DNA of 32,000 bases from Delftia acidovorans NBRC 14950 (GCF_001598795.1 NZ_BCZP01000003.1:180001-212000); one strand, 5' to 3'; shown: positions 1 to 8,588, numbered from the stretch's first letter. Made by a program: numbers and translations. The notes: generated from the sequence alone by a model not told the origin.

Positions 1-305
1 AGGACATCGTCTTCCTGCACGAGATCCAGCCCGGCCCGGCCAGCCGCAGCTACGGCATCCAGGTGGCCAAGCTGGCGGGCATGCCGGCCGGCGTGCTGCA
101 CCACGCGCGCCATGCGCTGGAGGCACTGGAGGCCCATGCCGACGAGGGCCGCCTGCAGGTGGACCTGTTCGATGCGCCCGACATGCCCGAGCCCGAAAGC
201 CGCCACGATCCGCTGGCCCAGGCGCTGGCCGCCATCAATCCCGACGCACTGAGCCCGCGCGAGGCGCTGGAAGCCCTTTACCAGCTCAAGAAGATCGCCG
301 CCTGA
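1..305 (+). CDS. mutS: DNA mismatch repair protein MutS, C-terminal fragment (5' end outside the window)
   Basis: Frame 3 reads [43 protein letters not shown]... up to TGA at 303-305. This is the typical MutS C-terminal pattern (SYGI.VA.LAG.P). There is no start codon in the window. Confidence 0.9.
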   Translation, partial: DIVFLHEIQPGPASRSYGIQVAKLAGMPAGVLHHARHALEALEAHADEGRLQVDLFDAPDMPEPESRHDPLAQALAAINPDALSPREALEALYQLKKIAA

Positions 306-360
306 ACGCGGTCAATCGCCTCGCACTAAACTTGCCATTTCCGCAGATTCGGACGCTTCC

Positions 361-1419
361 ATGACTTATTGCGTTGCCATCAAGCTCAACGCCGGCCTGG
401 TTTTCCTGGCCGACTCGCGCACCAATGCCGGCCTGGACCAGATCAGCTCGTTCCGCAAGCTCATGGTCTACGAGAACCCCGGCGACCGCTTCATGGTGCT
501 GCTGTCGGCCGGCAACCTGTCCATCACCCAGTCCGTTCGCGAGCTGCTGGAGAGCCAGCAACTGCGCGACGAGGCCACGGGCGACATGCTGACCATCTGG
601 AACGTGCGCAGCATGTTCGATGCGGCCCGCGTGCTGGGCGCGGCCGTGCGCCATGTGTTCGAGCGCGACGGCGTGGCGCTGTCGCGCTCGGGCGTGGACT
701 TCAATATCTCGCTGGTGCTGGGCGGCCAGATCCAGGGCGAGAACATGCGACTGTTCCAGGTCTACTCGGCAGGCAACTTCATCGAGGCCACGAGCGAGAC
801 GCCCTACTTCCAGATCGGCGAGTCCAAGTACGGCAAGCCCGTGCTGGACCGCGTGATCACGCCGCGCACGCCGCTGGACGAGGCCGCCAAGTGCGCCCTG
901 GTGTCCATGGACAGCACGCTCAAGTCCAACCTCTCGGTGGGCCTGCCGCTGGACCTGATCGTGTACGAGAAGGACCGCTTTGCCTCCGACAAGATCGTCA
1001 GCATCGACGAGAGCAATCCGTATTTCCGCATGCTGCACGACAGCTGGGGCGAGCGCCTGCGCCATGTCTTCGACAGCATCGAAGACCCGGCCTGGGAGGG
1101 CAGCGATTCCGCGGTGCCCATTCGCGTGCACAGCCGCCAGGCCCAGCCGCTGACCAAGGTCACCGCGCCGGCAGGCGCCCTGCGCTCGTCGGCGCGCAGC
1201 ATGGGCCGGCTGCCGCCTGCGGCGCTGCGCCAGCCCTATCACAGCGGCACGGGTGCAGGCCTTGGCACCTCCACGGCCGACGGGCTGGCCACCTCGCCCA
1301 TGACGCCCCTGCAGCCGGGCCCGGCATCGCCCATGCGGCCGGACGCCGGGCAACCCTCCGGCCACCAGCAAGGCTTGCCGGATGCTCCGGACCGAACCGG
1401 CCAGGAGCCCCAGCCGTGA
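361..1419 (+). CDS. Proteasome beta-subunit-like Ntn peptidase, Anbu-like (COG3484 class), with a ~100 aa Pro/Ala/Gly-rich C-terminal tail
   Basis: The N-terminus MTYCVAIKLNAGLVFLADSRTNAG places Thr directly after the initiator Met, as in proteasome-type peptidases. The core of about 245 aa ends near DSIEDPAWEG. The tail keeps GC3-rich codon usage in the same frame up to TGA at 1417-1419. Confidence 0.8.
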   Translation: MTYCVAIKLNAGLVFLADSRTNAGLDQISSFRKLMVYENPGDRFMVLLSAGNLSITQSVRELLESQQLRDEATGDMLTIWNVRSMFDAARVLGAAVRHVFERDGVALSRSGVDFNISLVLGGQIQGENMRLFQVYSAGNFIEATSETPYFQIGESKYGKPVLDRVITPRTPLDEAAKCALVSMDSTLKSNLSVGLPLDLIVYEKDRFASDKIVSIDESNPYFRMLHDSWGERLRHVFDSIEDPAWEGSDSAVPIRVHSRQAQPLTKVTAPAGALRSSARSMGRLPPAALRQPYHSGTGAGLGTSTADGLATSPMTPLQPGPASPMRPDAGQPSGHQQGLPDAPDRTGQEPQP

Positions 1420-2285
1420 ACGCGGCCCGGCCCGCGCAGCGGGCCGACAGCGATGGGGGCACGGGATCGGCACCGCTGCCCGTGGTCTTCTCGCATGCCA
1501 ACAGCTTTGCGCTGCCCACCTACCGGCTGCTGTTCTCGCTGCTGGCCGAGCGCGGCATCGCGGCGCAGGGCGTGGAGCGCTTCGGCCATGACCCGCGCTT
1601 TCCCGTCACCAACAACTGGCCCCACCTGGTCGAACAACTGGCCGAATTCACGCGCGCCGAGGTAGAGCGCGTGGGCGGTCCGGTCTTTCTGGTCGGGCAT
1701 TCGCTGGGCGGTTTCCTGAGCGTGATGACGGCTGCACGCCACCCCGAACTGGCGCGCGGCGTGCTGCTGATCGACTCGCCATTGCTCAGCGGCTGGCGTG
1801 CCAATGCCGTGGGCGTGGCCAAGCGCACGCAGCTGGTGGGCTCGGTCTCGCCGGGCAAGATCAGCGCCCGCCGCCGCAATGCCTGGGACAGCGACGAGGA
1901 GGCGCTGGCCTACTTCCGCGCCAAGAAGGTGTTTGCGCAATGGCACCCGCAGGTGCTCCAGGACTATGTGCAGGGCGGCCTGGCCGATGTGGACGGCCGG
2001 CGCATGCTGCACTTCACGCGCGAGGTGGAGACCGCCATCTACAACACCTTGCCGCACAACCTGGCCTCGCTGCTGCACCATCATCCGCTGCGCTGCCCGG
2101 CGGCCTTCATCGGCGGGCGTGCCTCGGTGGAGATGCGCCAGGTGGGCATGGACCTGACGCGCCGCATCACGCGCGGGCGCGTGATGATGCTGGACGGCAG
2201 CCACCTGTTCCCCATGGAGCGGCCCCACGCCACGGCCGCCGCCATCGAGGCCGCACTGCTGAACCTGCTGGGCTCCGAGGCCTGA
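1416..2285 (+). CDS. Alpha/beta-fold hydrolase
   Basis: Nucleophile elbow GHSLGG (VFLVGHSLGGFLS). The only sensible in-frame start is GTG at 1416, which overlaps the upstream stop as GTGA. The first ~350 codons of the 369..2285 track ORF overlap the peptidase gene out of frame and are not credible. Confidence 0.8.
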   Translation: MNAARPAQRADSDGGTGSAPLPVVFSHANSFALPTYRLLFSLLAERGIAAQGVERFGHDPRFPVTNNWPHLVEQLAEFTRAEVERVGGPVFLVGHSLGGFLSVMTAARHPELARGVLLIDSPLLSGWRANAVGVAKRTQLVGSVSPGKISARRRNAWDSDEEALAYFRAKKVFAQWHPQVLQDYVQGGLADVDGRRMLHFTREVETAIYNTLPHNLASLLHHHPLRCPAAFIGGRASVEMRQVGMDLTRRITRGRVMMLDGSHLFPMERPHATAAAIEAALLNLLGSEA

Positions 2286-2340
2286 ACCGGAGCTTCAGGC
2301 ACAAAAAAGACCCCCACGCTCCCCTTGCTGCGCAAGGTCC

Positions 2341-2366
2341 GCTGCCCCCCGGGGGGGCCGCTTTTT
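2341..2366 (+). terminator. Possible intrinsic terminator after the hydrolase gene
   Basis: GC palindrome GCCCCCCGGGGGGGC followed by CGCTTTTT. The loop is very tight, so folding is uncertain. Confidence 0.35.
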
Positions 2367-2387
2367 GTCTTGGGGCGGCCCGGCGAC

Positions 2388-2416
2388 AAAAAAAGCCACC
2401 CTTGGGGTGGCTTTTT
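2388..2416. terminator. Bidirectional intrinsic terminator between the convergent hydrolase and uppP genes
   Basis: A-tract (2388-2394), then stem GCCACCC (2395-2401), loop TTG, stem GGGTGGC (2405-2411), then TTTTT (2412-2416). Confidence 0.7.
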
Positions 2417-2435
2417 GCATGGGCGGCGCAGGCTG

Positions 2436-3263
2436 TCAGGCCTCGCTCCAGGATACGACCCCGGTGAAGGCCGTCACCAGCACGATGATGCCGAAGGCGA
2501 TGCGGTACCAGGCAAACGGCACGAAGCTGTTGGTGGAGATGTAGCGCAGCAGCCAGCGCACGCACAGCCAGGCGCTGATGAAGGAGAACACCAGGCCCAC
2601 GGCGAACATGGGGATGTCGGCCACCGACAGCAGGGCGCGCTCCTTGTAGAGGCTGTAGACGCCGGCGCCGATCAGCGTGGGAATGGCCAGGAAGAACGAA
2701 AAGTCGGTCGCCGCCTTGCGCGACAGGCCCATCAGCATGCCGCCGATGATGGTGGCGCCGCTGCGGCTGGTACCGGGAATCATGGCCAGGCACTGCACCA
2801 GGCCGACCTTGAGGGCGTCCAGCGGCGTCATCTCATCCACGGTCTGCACGCGCATGGCCGAGGCGGGCCGGCGTTCGGCCCACAGGATGACGAAGCCGCC
2901 CAGGATGAAGGTGGTGGCCACCACGGTGGGCGTGAACAGGTGCGCCTTGATGAACTTGCCGAAGATCAGCGCCAGCACCACGGCCGGCAGGAAGCCGATG
3001 ATGACGTTCAGCGTGAGCCGCTGCGCCTGGCGGCTGGTGGGCAGGTCGACCACGGTGGAGCGGATCTTCTGCCAGTACACCAGCACCACGGCGAAGATGG
3101 CGCCGGTCTGGATGGCGATGTCGAAGACCTTGGCCTTGGCATCGTCGAAGCCCAGCAGCGAACCGGCCAGGATGAGGTGGCCGGTGGAGGAGATGGGAAG
3201 GAACTCCGTCAGCCCTTCCACGATGCCCATGATGGCGGCCTTGACCAGCAAAAGAATGTCCAC
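2436..3263 (-). CDS. uppP: Undecaprenyl-diphosphate phosphatase (BacA/UppP)
   Basis: Signature [18 protein letters not shown] near the N-terminus, and the protein is polytopic. I prefer the GTG start at 3263 ([13 protein letters not shown]...), giving 275 aa. The 17 extra codons of the track ORF (to 3314) look spurious. Confidence 0.9.
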   Translation of the reverse strand: MDILLLVKAAIMGIVEGLTEFLPISSTGHLILAGSLLGFDDAKAKVFDIAIQTGAIFAVVLVYWQKIRSTVVDLPTSRQAQRLTLNVIIGFLPAVVLALIFGKFIKAHLFTPTVVATTFILGGFVILWAERRPASAMRVQTVDEMTPLDALKVGLVQCLAMIPGTSRSGATIIGGMLMGLSRKAATDFSFFLAIPTLIGAGVYSLYKERALLSVADIPMFAVGLVFSFISAWLCVRWLLRYISTNSFVPFAWYRIAFGIIVLVTAFTGVVSWSEA

Positions 3264-3456
3264 GGCAAGCGTCCTGTCGCAATGCAAAAGTGGGCCATTA
3301 TCTGCGCTGGCCATGGCCTGCCGGTGTCCGCCTGCCCGCCTGTCAGCGGCAATCGCAAACTTTTACAACGCGCAGCCCGCAACGTTGCTGCGCGCCCGGC
3401 ACTGTGCTGCAATGTGGGTGCGCTGGACTTCAGCGCGCCTTCAAAACCATTCCATC

Positions 3457-3735
3457 ATGAAAAAAATCGTTGTTCTGGCAGTTGTCTCCCTGGCCTGCAG
3501 CATGGGCATGGCCGCAGGGGACAAGGCTCCCACGGCCCAGCAAAAGCTGATGGGCACCTGCAACACCGAAGCCACCGGCAAGAAAGGCGACGAGCGCAAG
3601 GAGTTCATGAAGTCCTGCCTGTCCGACGGCAAGAAGCGCCAGCAGGAACGCATGAAGACCTGCAACGTGGACGCCACGGGCAAGAAGGGTGATGAGCGCA
3701 AGGCGTTCATGAGCGAATGCTTGAAGAAGGACTGA
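3457..3735 (+). CDS. psiF: PsiF-repeat protein (phosphate-starvation-inducible PsiF family), secreted
   Basis: Signal peptide MKKIVVLAVVSLACSMGMAAG. Two internal repeats: CNTEATGKKGDERKEFMKSCL and CNVDATGKKGDERKAFMSECL. ATG at 3457, TGA at 3733-3735. Confidence 0.85.
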   Translation: MKKIVVLAVVSLACSMGMAAGDKAPTAQQKLMGTCNTEATGKKGDERKEFMKSCLSDGKKRQQERMKTCNVDATGKKGDERKAFMSECLKKD

Positions 3736-3840
3736 CCCCCTGAGGCGCTGTGCGCCTTCCCCCTCTCGCTGCGCGGGGGGGACGACACCCTCGCTGCGGG
3801 GCGGCCCTTCCTCGGTGTCCCTCGCTTTAGGGCGCGCCAG
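3736..3840 (+). repeat. Stop-anchored two-hairpin repeat, copy 1 (after psiF)
   Basis: It begins with CCCCCTGAG immediately after the psiF TGA. It then contains TCCCCC..GGGGGA and GACACC..GGTGTC stems. It shares a 39-nt core with the copies at 9691 and 26800. Confidence 0.75.
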
Positions 3841-3871
3841 TCGGGATGGCCTTGAGCCCGTCAAGCATTGC

Positions 3872-3905
3872 AAAAAGCCACCGTTTTCGGTGGCTTTGCT
3901 GTTTA
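3872..3905. terminator. Intrinsic terminator between convergent psiF and the PepSY gene
   Basis: AAAAA, then stem AGCCACCG (3876-3883), loop TTTT, stem CGGTGGCT (3888-3895), then TTGCTGTTT. Confidence 0.65.
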
Positions 3906-3944
3906 GGCGGATAGTTTTCTGATTTGGCTATCAATGGAGCCGTG

Positions 3945-4071
3945 TACTACCGACAGCCGTTCAAACTCGCAGGGCTCAAGCGCGGGCAGCCGAGCAAGGG
4001 CCGCCCCGCAGTGAGGGCTGCGTCCCCCTCCGCGAAGCGAGAAGGGGGAAGCGGCGCAGCCGCTCAGGGGG
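3945..4071 (-). repeat. Stop-anchored two-hairpin repeat, copy 4 (after the PepSY gene, inverted relative to copy 1)
   Basis: The reverse complement reads CCCCCTGAGCGGCTGCGCCGCTTCCCCCTTCTCGCTTCGCGGAGGGGGACGCAGCCCTCACTGCGGGGCGGCCCTTGCTCGGCTGC... The TGA inside CCCCCTGA (4066-4064) is the PepSY stop codon. Confidence 0.75.
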
Positions 4072-5293
4072 TCATCTTCCTGGCCCTTCGCTTGCGCCAC
4101 CAGATGATGACGCCGGTGATCGACAGGACGGCGACGAGCACGCCGACGAAGGACATGAGCACGCGGCCGGGGGTGCCGAGGATGCGGCCGCTGTGCAGGG
4201 GCAGTTGCAGCTGGACGAAGACGTCGGCTGCGGTGCCGTGCCAGGGGCGGTAGGTGCCCAGGACTTCGCCGTTGTCCGAGCTGACGTAGATGTTGGACAG
4301 GCCCATGCCCATGGCGCCGGTTTCGTCGTGCGGGTCGAAGAAGGAGATGTTGTAGAACGGGAAGTCGCCGCCCCACCAGATGCCGCCTGCGGGCTGGGCG
4401 AAGCCCAGGCGCTTGGCCTCGCTCTGGGCGATGGCGATGGCCTGGGCGAACGAGACCTTGGGCACGAGGAGCGTGCCCTGGGGCGCAGGCTTGAGGGTTT
4501 CGTAGGGGCCGGGCGTGGTGGTGGAGACGGTGCTCATCACCGGGTAGAAGACTTCGCGGTACAGGTTCAGCGAGAACGAGGTGAAGGCCACGATGACGAT
4601 GACGGCCCAGACCCACAGGCCGCCCGCGCGGTGCAGGTCGAAGTTGAGCTTGTAGGCGCCGCCGCCCCAGCGCACGCGCCATGAGGGCAGCCAGCGCCGC
4701 CACCACGATCCCACGGCCGCCGTCAGGCGCGGGGTGCTTTTCCTGAGCTTGACGGGAAAGGTCAGCAGCAGCGCGACAAAGCTGTCGGCCACCCACAGCA
4801 GGGCCAGGCTGCCCATGAACCAGTAGCCCCAGCGGTCCGTGCCCCAAAAGCGCGGGGCCAGCAGGCTTTCGTGCAGGTGGCGCAGCCAGGGCATGAGGTT
4901 GCGCTGGCTGAGCGCGAAGCTGCGCCCGTTGCGCTGGCCGGTGATGTGGCCGCTGACCGGATCGACGAAGACCGTGTCATAGCCCAGCGCAGGCGCCTGG
5001 CCCGTGGCCGGGTCGGGCCGGGGGCGCACCATGAACATGGCGGCTTCGCCCTCGACCAGGCCCAGGGTCATGTAGCTGATCTCGGCGCGCGGCTCGCTGG
5101 CCTGCACGGCGGCGGCCAGCTCCAGCGGGGTCTTCAGCGGGCCGCGTGCCGGGGTCTCCAGCATGTCGGCGTTGAGCCATTCGTCGATTTCATGGTCCCA
5201 GGACAGCACGGCCCCGGTGAGGCCGGCCATGGTGAGGAAACCGGCCAGCACCAGGCCTATCCAGCGGTGCACCACCGTCCACAACGCGCGCAT
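4064..5293 (-). CDS. PepSY-associated TM-helix protein (PiuB-like iron-regulated membrane protein)
   Basis: N-terminus MRALWTVVHRWIGLVLAGFLTMAGLTGAVLSWDHEIDEWL, multiple TM segments, C-terminal TM followed by RKRRARK. It lies 18 nt downstream of a TonB-dependent receptor, which is the usual pairing. Confidence 0.85.
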   Translation of the reverse strand: MRALWTVVHRWIGLVLAGFLTMAGLTGAVLSWDHEIDEWLNADMLETPARGPLKTPLELAAAVQASEPRAEISYMTLGLVEGEAAMFMVRPRPDPATGQAPALGYDTVFVDPVSGHITGQRNGRSFALSQRNLMPWLRHLHESLLAPRFWGTDRWGYWFMGSLALLWVADSFVALLLTFPVKLRKSTPRLTAAVGSWWRRWLPSWRVRWGGGAYKLNFDLHRAGGLWVWAVIVIVAFTSFSLNLYREVFYPVMSTVSTTTPGPYETLKPAPQGTLLVPKVSFAQAIAIAQSEAKRLGFAQPAGGIWWGGDFPFYNISFFDPHDETGAMGMGLSNIYVSSDNGEVLGTYRPWHGTAADVFVQLQLPLHSGRILGTPGRVLMSFVGVLVAVLSITGVIIWWRKRRARKMTP

Positions 5294-5311
5294 GCTTCAG
5301 ATCGCTCCGGC

Positions 5312-7477
5312 TCAGAAGTCCACCGATGCGCTCAGCGAGAAGGTGCGCGGCATGGACTGCACCAGGTAGTTGGCGCCCGGGTAGCCGCCCACGGACGACC
5401 AGTAGCCCTTGTCGAACAGGTTGTCGATGCGCGCGCGCAGGGTCAGCAAGCGGTTGTTGCCGATGTCCATGAGATAACGCGCGCCGATGTCGGTGCGCGT
5501 CCACGAGGCCACCTTCAGCGTGTTGGCGCCGTTGGCGTACTGGCTGGAGGTGTGCATTACGCGCGCATTGAGGGCCAGGCCCGAGACGCCGGGCACATCC
5601 CAGTCCACGCCCAGGTTGAGCAGGCGCTTGGGCACGCCGATGGCGTAGTTGCCGATGGTGGTGGCATCGGCGGCCTCGCGGATCTTGGCCTCGCTGAAGG
5701 TCACGCCGCCCAGCACGCGCAGGCCCTTGACGGGTTCGCCGAAGACCGTGGCCTCCAGGCCGCTGTTGCGCTGCTTGCCGTACTGGCCGAAGACCTGGTT
5801 GGCCACATAGGCCGAAGGCATGTCCGTGGTGTACAGCGCCACCGTGGCGCCCAGCTGCTGGCCCTGCCACTTGAAGCCGATTTCCTTCTGGCGCGACTTG
5901 TAGGGCGCGAACACCTGGCCGCCGTTGGACACGGGCAGGTCGTTGGCCGTCTGCGGCGCCACGGCGCCCTTGGTCAGGCCTTCGATGTAGTTGGCGTAGA
6001 TCGAGGTGTTCTCGCTGGTCTTGAACACCAGGCCCAGCATGGGCGTGGTGGCCGACTTCTTGTAGTTGTCGGTCTGCGCGCCCGTGTTGTAGTCGTAACT
6101 GCTTTGCTCGATGCTCTGGCGGCGCACGCCCACGGTCAGGCGCAGGCGCTCGTCCAGCATCGTCAGCGTGTCGCCGATGGCGAAGCTGTTGAGTTGGGTT
6201 TCACCGGCACGCGTGGGATCGGCCAGATTGCCGCCGAACAGCGTCATCGCCGGGCGCGCGCTGCTCCAGGGGTTGTAGATGTTGTTGACCACGCCAAAGC
6301 CCATGCCCCAGGCATTGCGCTCGGTGGCCGAGTAGGTGCTGGCCGTGGCCACCAGCTCATGGCCCACGCTGCCCGTGGCCAGGCGCGTGCGGATGCCGAC
6401 CTCGCCCGTGCCCACGCTGTCCTTGCGCTTGTTGTCGAAGCGCGTGCCCGTGGTGTCGCCGGCCGCATTGCTCACGGTCACGCCGCTCAGGGAGTTGTCT
6501 TCCTTGCCGCGGCGCAGGCCGCCGGCGGCCCAGGCCGTGGTCGTGTCGTTGATGTCCCATTCGGCACGCAGCGTGGCGAACAGGTCGCGCTCGGTGGAGT
6601 ACGACCAGTTCTGGCCGTAGTTGGTCTTGTTGTCGGGCACGGCCGGGATGAAGTTGCCCGGCGTCACGCTGGGGCGGCCGCCGTTGTAGCTGTTGCGCTG
6701 GTAGCCCACGTCGCCCGACAGGCGCACGTTGCGGCTGCGCCAGTCCAGGCCCACGCCCAGGGCGGTGAGCGAGCGGTCTTCGCCATCCACGCCCGTGCCG
6801 CCGTCGCGGCGCACGGCGTTCAGGCGGATGCCGGTGCTCTGGTCAGGGCCGAAGCGGCGCGAGATGTCGGTGGAGACAAAGGCCTGGCCGCCCGTCTGGA
6901 TGCCGGCGCCCACGCGCGTCAGCGCATCGTTGCCGGCGCGCTTGGGCAGCAGGCTGATGGTGCCGCCAATGCCGCTGCCGCCCGGTGCTGCGCCATTGAG
7001 GAAGGCGTTGGCGCCGCGCAGCACCTCCACGCGCTCGAAGAACTCCGAGGCGATGTACTGGCGCGGCAGCAGGCCGTACAGGCCGTTGTAGGCGATGTCG
7101 TCCGAGTACACCGGGAAGCCGCGCAGCACATACAGCTCCTGGAAGTTGCCGAAGCCGCGCGCCTGGCGCACGCCCGGGTCGTTGAGCAGCACATCGCCCA
7201 CGCTCTTGGACTGGGTGTCTTCGATCAGCTGCTGCGTGTAGCTGGTGGTGGAGAACGAGGAATTCTTCCAGTCCAGCGTGCCCAGCACGCCGTTGCGCGC
7301 GCCCGTGGCCACCTGGCCGCCTGCGAAGGGCTTGGACAGGCCCTGGGCCGATGCGTCGGCACTGGCCTCCACCGTCACGGCCTCCAGCACGGGGTCGCCG
7401 CCCCGGGTCTGGGCAATCAGGGCCTGCTGGCTGCACAGGCAGAGAACGGCCAGGGAAATCGGGCGGATGGAGGGCAT
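5312..7477 (-). CDS. TonB-dependent siderophore receptor
   Basis: Signal peptide; TonB-box-like DPVLEAVTVEA; plug motifs (VEVLRGANAFLNG); a long beta-barrel ending in a terminal aromatic residue (...SASVDF). Confidence 0.9.
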   Translation of the reverse strand: MPSIRPISLAVLCLCSQQALIAQTRGGDPVLEAVTVEASADASAQGLSKPFAGGQVATGARNGVLGTLDWKNSSFSTTSYTQQLIEDTQSKSVGDVLLNDPGVRQARGFGNFQELYVLRGFPVYSDDIAYNGLYGLLPRQYIASEFFERVEVLRGANAFLNGAAPGGSGIGGTISLLPKRAGNDALTRVGAGIQTGGQAFVSTDISRRFGPDQSTGIRLNAVRRDGGTGVDGEDRSLTALGVGLDWRSRNVRLSGDVGYQRNSYNGGRPSVTPGNFIPAVPDNKTNYGQNWSYSTERDLFATLRAEWDINDTTTAWAAGGLRRGKEDNSLSGVTVSNAAGDTTGTRFDNKRKDSVGTGEVGIRTRLATGSVGHELVATASTYSATERNAWGMGFGVVNNIYNPWSSARPAMTLFGGNLADPTRAGETQLNSFAIGDTLTMLDERLRLTVGVRRQSIEQSSYDYNTGAQTDNYKKSATTPMLGLVFKTSENTSIYANYIEGLTKGAVAPQTANDLPVSNGGQVFAPYKSRQKEIGFKWQGQQLGATVALYTTDMPSAYVANQVFGQYGKQRNSGLEATVFGEPVKGLRVLGGVTFSEAKIREAADATTIGNYAIGVPKRLLNLGVDWDVPGVSGLALNARVMHTSSQYANGANTLKVASWTRTDIGARYLMDIGNNRLLTLRARIDNLFDKGYWSSVGGYPGANYLVQSMPRTFSLSASVDF

Positions 7478-7483
7478 GAGGAT

Positions 7484-7502
7484 GATACTGAGAATGATTT
7501 AC
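7484..7502. promoter_or_regulatory. Candidate Fur box upstream of the TonB-dependent receptor
   Basis: GATACTGAGAATGATTTAC matches GATAATGATAATCATTATC at 14/19 positions and sits in the only AT-rich stretch of the window. It is only 7 nt from the ATG, which is unusually close. A weaker second match (11/19) is at 7538-7556. Confidence 0.4.
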
Positions 7503-7799
7503 AGAATCCGTTAGCTTACCAACCACGTTAGGGCGCCGCTATGAATTTTCTCAATCTGTTGCATCGAAGCAATCCTCCAAGTGATTGAATTCAAAGGCCC
7601 TTCGCAATAGTTTGTGCGCACTCCCCATAGCCGCAATCTTCCAACGACCACGGAGATCCCTGCAGCTCGCGGCGCCCCGATGCATCTGGCACCCTGCCGG
7701 CGCCCGTCCGTCGCATGGCGCTGGCCCGACCCGCGTCCGGCAGCGACAGTCCTGTCCCATACAGGCCCGCAGAACCGGGCCGCACGCCAGGACACCGCC

Positions 7800-8210
7800 A
7801 TGCAAATGACACCGCTGATCGCCATCCACATGAGCGCCGCCCTCGGGGCCACGGCCACGGGTGCCATCGCCTTGCTGGCACGCCGCCAGGCCACCGTCCA
7901 TCCCCGCCTGCACCGCGCGGCCGGTTACGCCTTCGTCACGCTCATGGTCTGCGCGGCGGTGTCCGCCTGCTTCATCCGCGACTACCGCCTGCCCAACTGG
8001 GCCGGCTACACGCCCGTCCACCTGCTGGTGCCGCTGACCTTTGCCGGCCTGGGCCGCTCGTTCTGGCACCTGTACCACGGCAACATCGCCGGCCACCGCA
8101 AGATCATGCGCAGCGTCTACATCGGCGCCTGCGTCGTGGCGGGCCTGTTCACCCTGCTGCCCGGCCGCTACCTGGGCGACCTGCTGTGGCAGCAGCTGGG
8201 CCTGGCCTGA
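7800..8210 (+). CDS. Small integral membrane protein (about 4 TM helices; DUF2306-like is a guess)
   Basis: MQMTPLIAIHMSAALGATATGAIALLARR... has hydrophobic segments and GC3-rich codons. I prefer the ATG at 7800 to the longer track ORF starting at 7614. Confidence 0.65.
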   Translation: MQMTPLIAIHMSAALGATATGAIALLARRQATVHPRLHRAAGYAFVTLMVCAAVSACFIRDYRLPNWAGYTPVHLLVPLTFAGLGRSFWHLYHGNIAGHRKIMRSVYIGACVVAGLFTLLPGRYLGDLLWQQLGLA

Positions 8211-8244
8211 CGCCGCTTTCCTTCCCCCTGACGGAGAACTTCCC

Positions 8245-8580
8245 ATGCGCACCCTCGATCCCCTTGATTCCCTTCATCCCCTCGATCCCTCTGCCCGCCA
8301 CGACGACGATGCCCTGGAGCGCATGGCGCGCCGCCGCGCAGGCGCCAAGATGGGCTGGATGATCCACGCCAGCGTCTATGTGCTGGTCAACCTCGGGCTG
8401 GCGGCGCTGTCGCTGTCCCAGGGCAGGCACTGGGCCATCTTCCCGGCCCTGGGCTGGGGCCTGGGGCTGGCCATCCACGGGGCCGTGGTCTGGCTGGCCC
8501 TGCCGGGCAACGGCTGGCACGGGCGCATGGTGGAGCGTGAGCGGCAGGCGCTGCAGTCACGCCAGGGCCGCGCCCGCTGA
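8245..8580 (+). CDS. 2TM domain-containing protein
   Basis: GWMIHASVYVLVNLGLAALSL...FPALGWGLGLAIHGAVVW is the characteristic 2TM-domain pattern. GGAGAA lies 7 nt before the ATG at 8245. The stop is 8 nt before the kinase gene. Confidence 0.75.
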   Translation: MRTLDPLDSLHPLDPSARHDDDALERMARRRAGAKMGWMIHASVYVLVNLGLAALSLSQGRHWAIFPALGWGLGLAIHGAVVWLALPGNGWHGRMVERERQALQSRQGRAR

Positions 8581-8588
8581 ACGCCGCC

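Noticed and set aside
369-2285. The single 638-aa ORF spanning the peptidase and hydrolase regions.
   Set aside because: Only the last ~289 codons (from GTG 1416) look like a protein (alpha/beta hydrolase). The upstream part overlaps the peptidase gene out of frame and has a nonsense-like Arg/Pro/Gly composition.
3340-3360. A possible Pho box upstream of psiF (CTGTCAG-cggc-AATCGCA).
   Set aside because: Only the first heptamer resembles CTGTCAT. The spacer is not AT-rich and the second repeat is poor. This is not enough to claim PhoB control.
7585-7594. The perfect palindrome TTGAATTCAA in the AT-rich region upstream of the receptor gene.
   Set aside because: It is a short 10-bp palindrome centred on an EcoRI site in AT-rich promoter DNA. 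It has no second copy and no match to a known operator beyond a partial Fur-hexamer resemblance. It may contribute to the Fur region but cannot be supported on its own.
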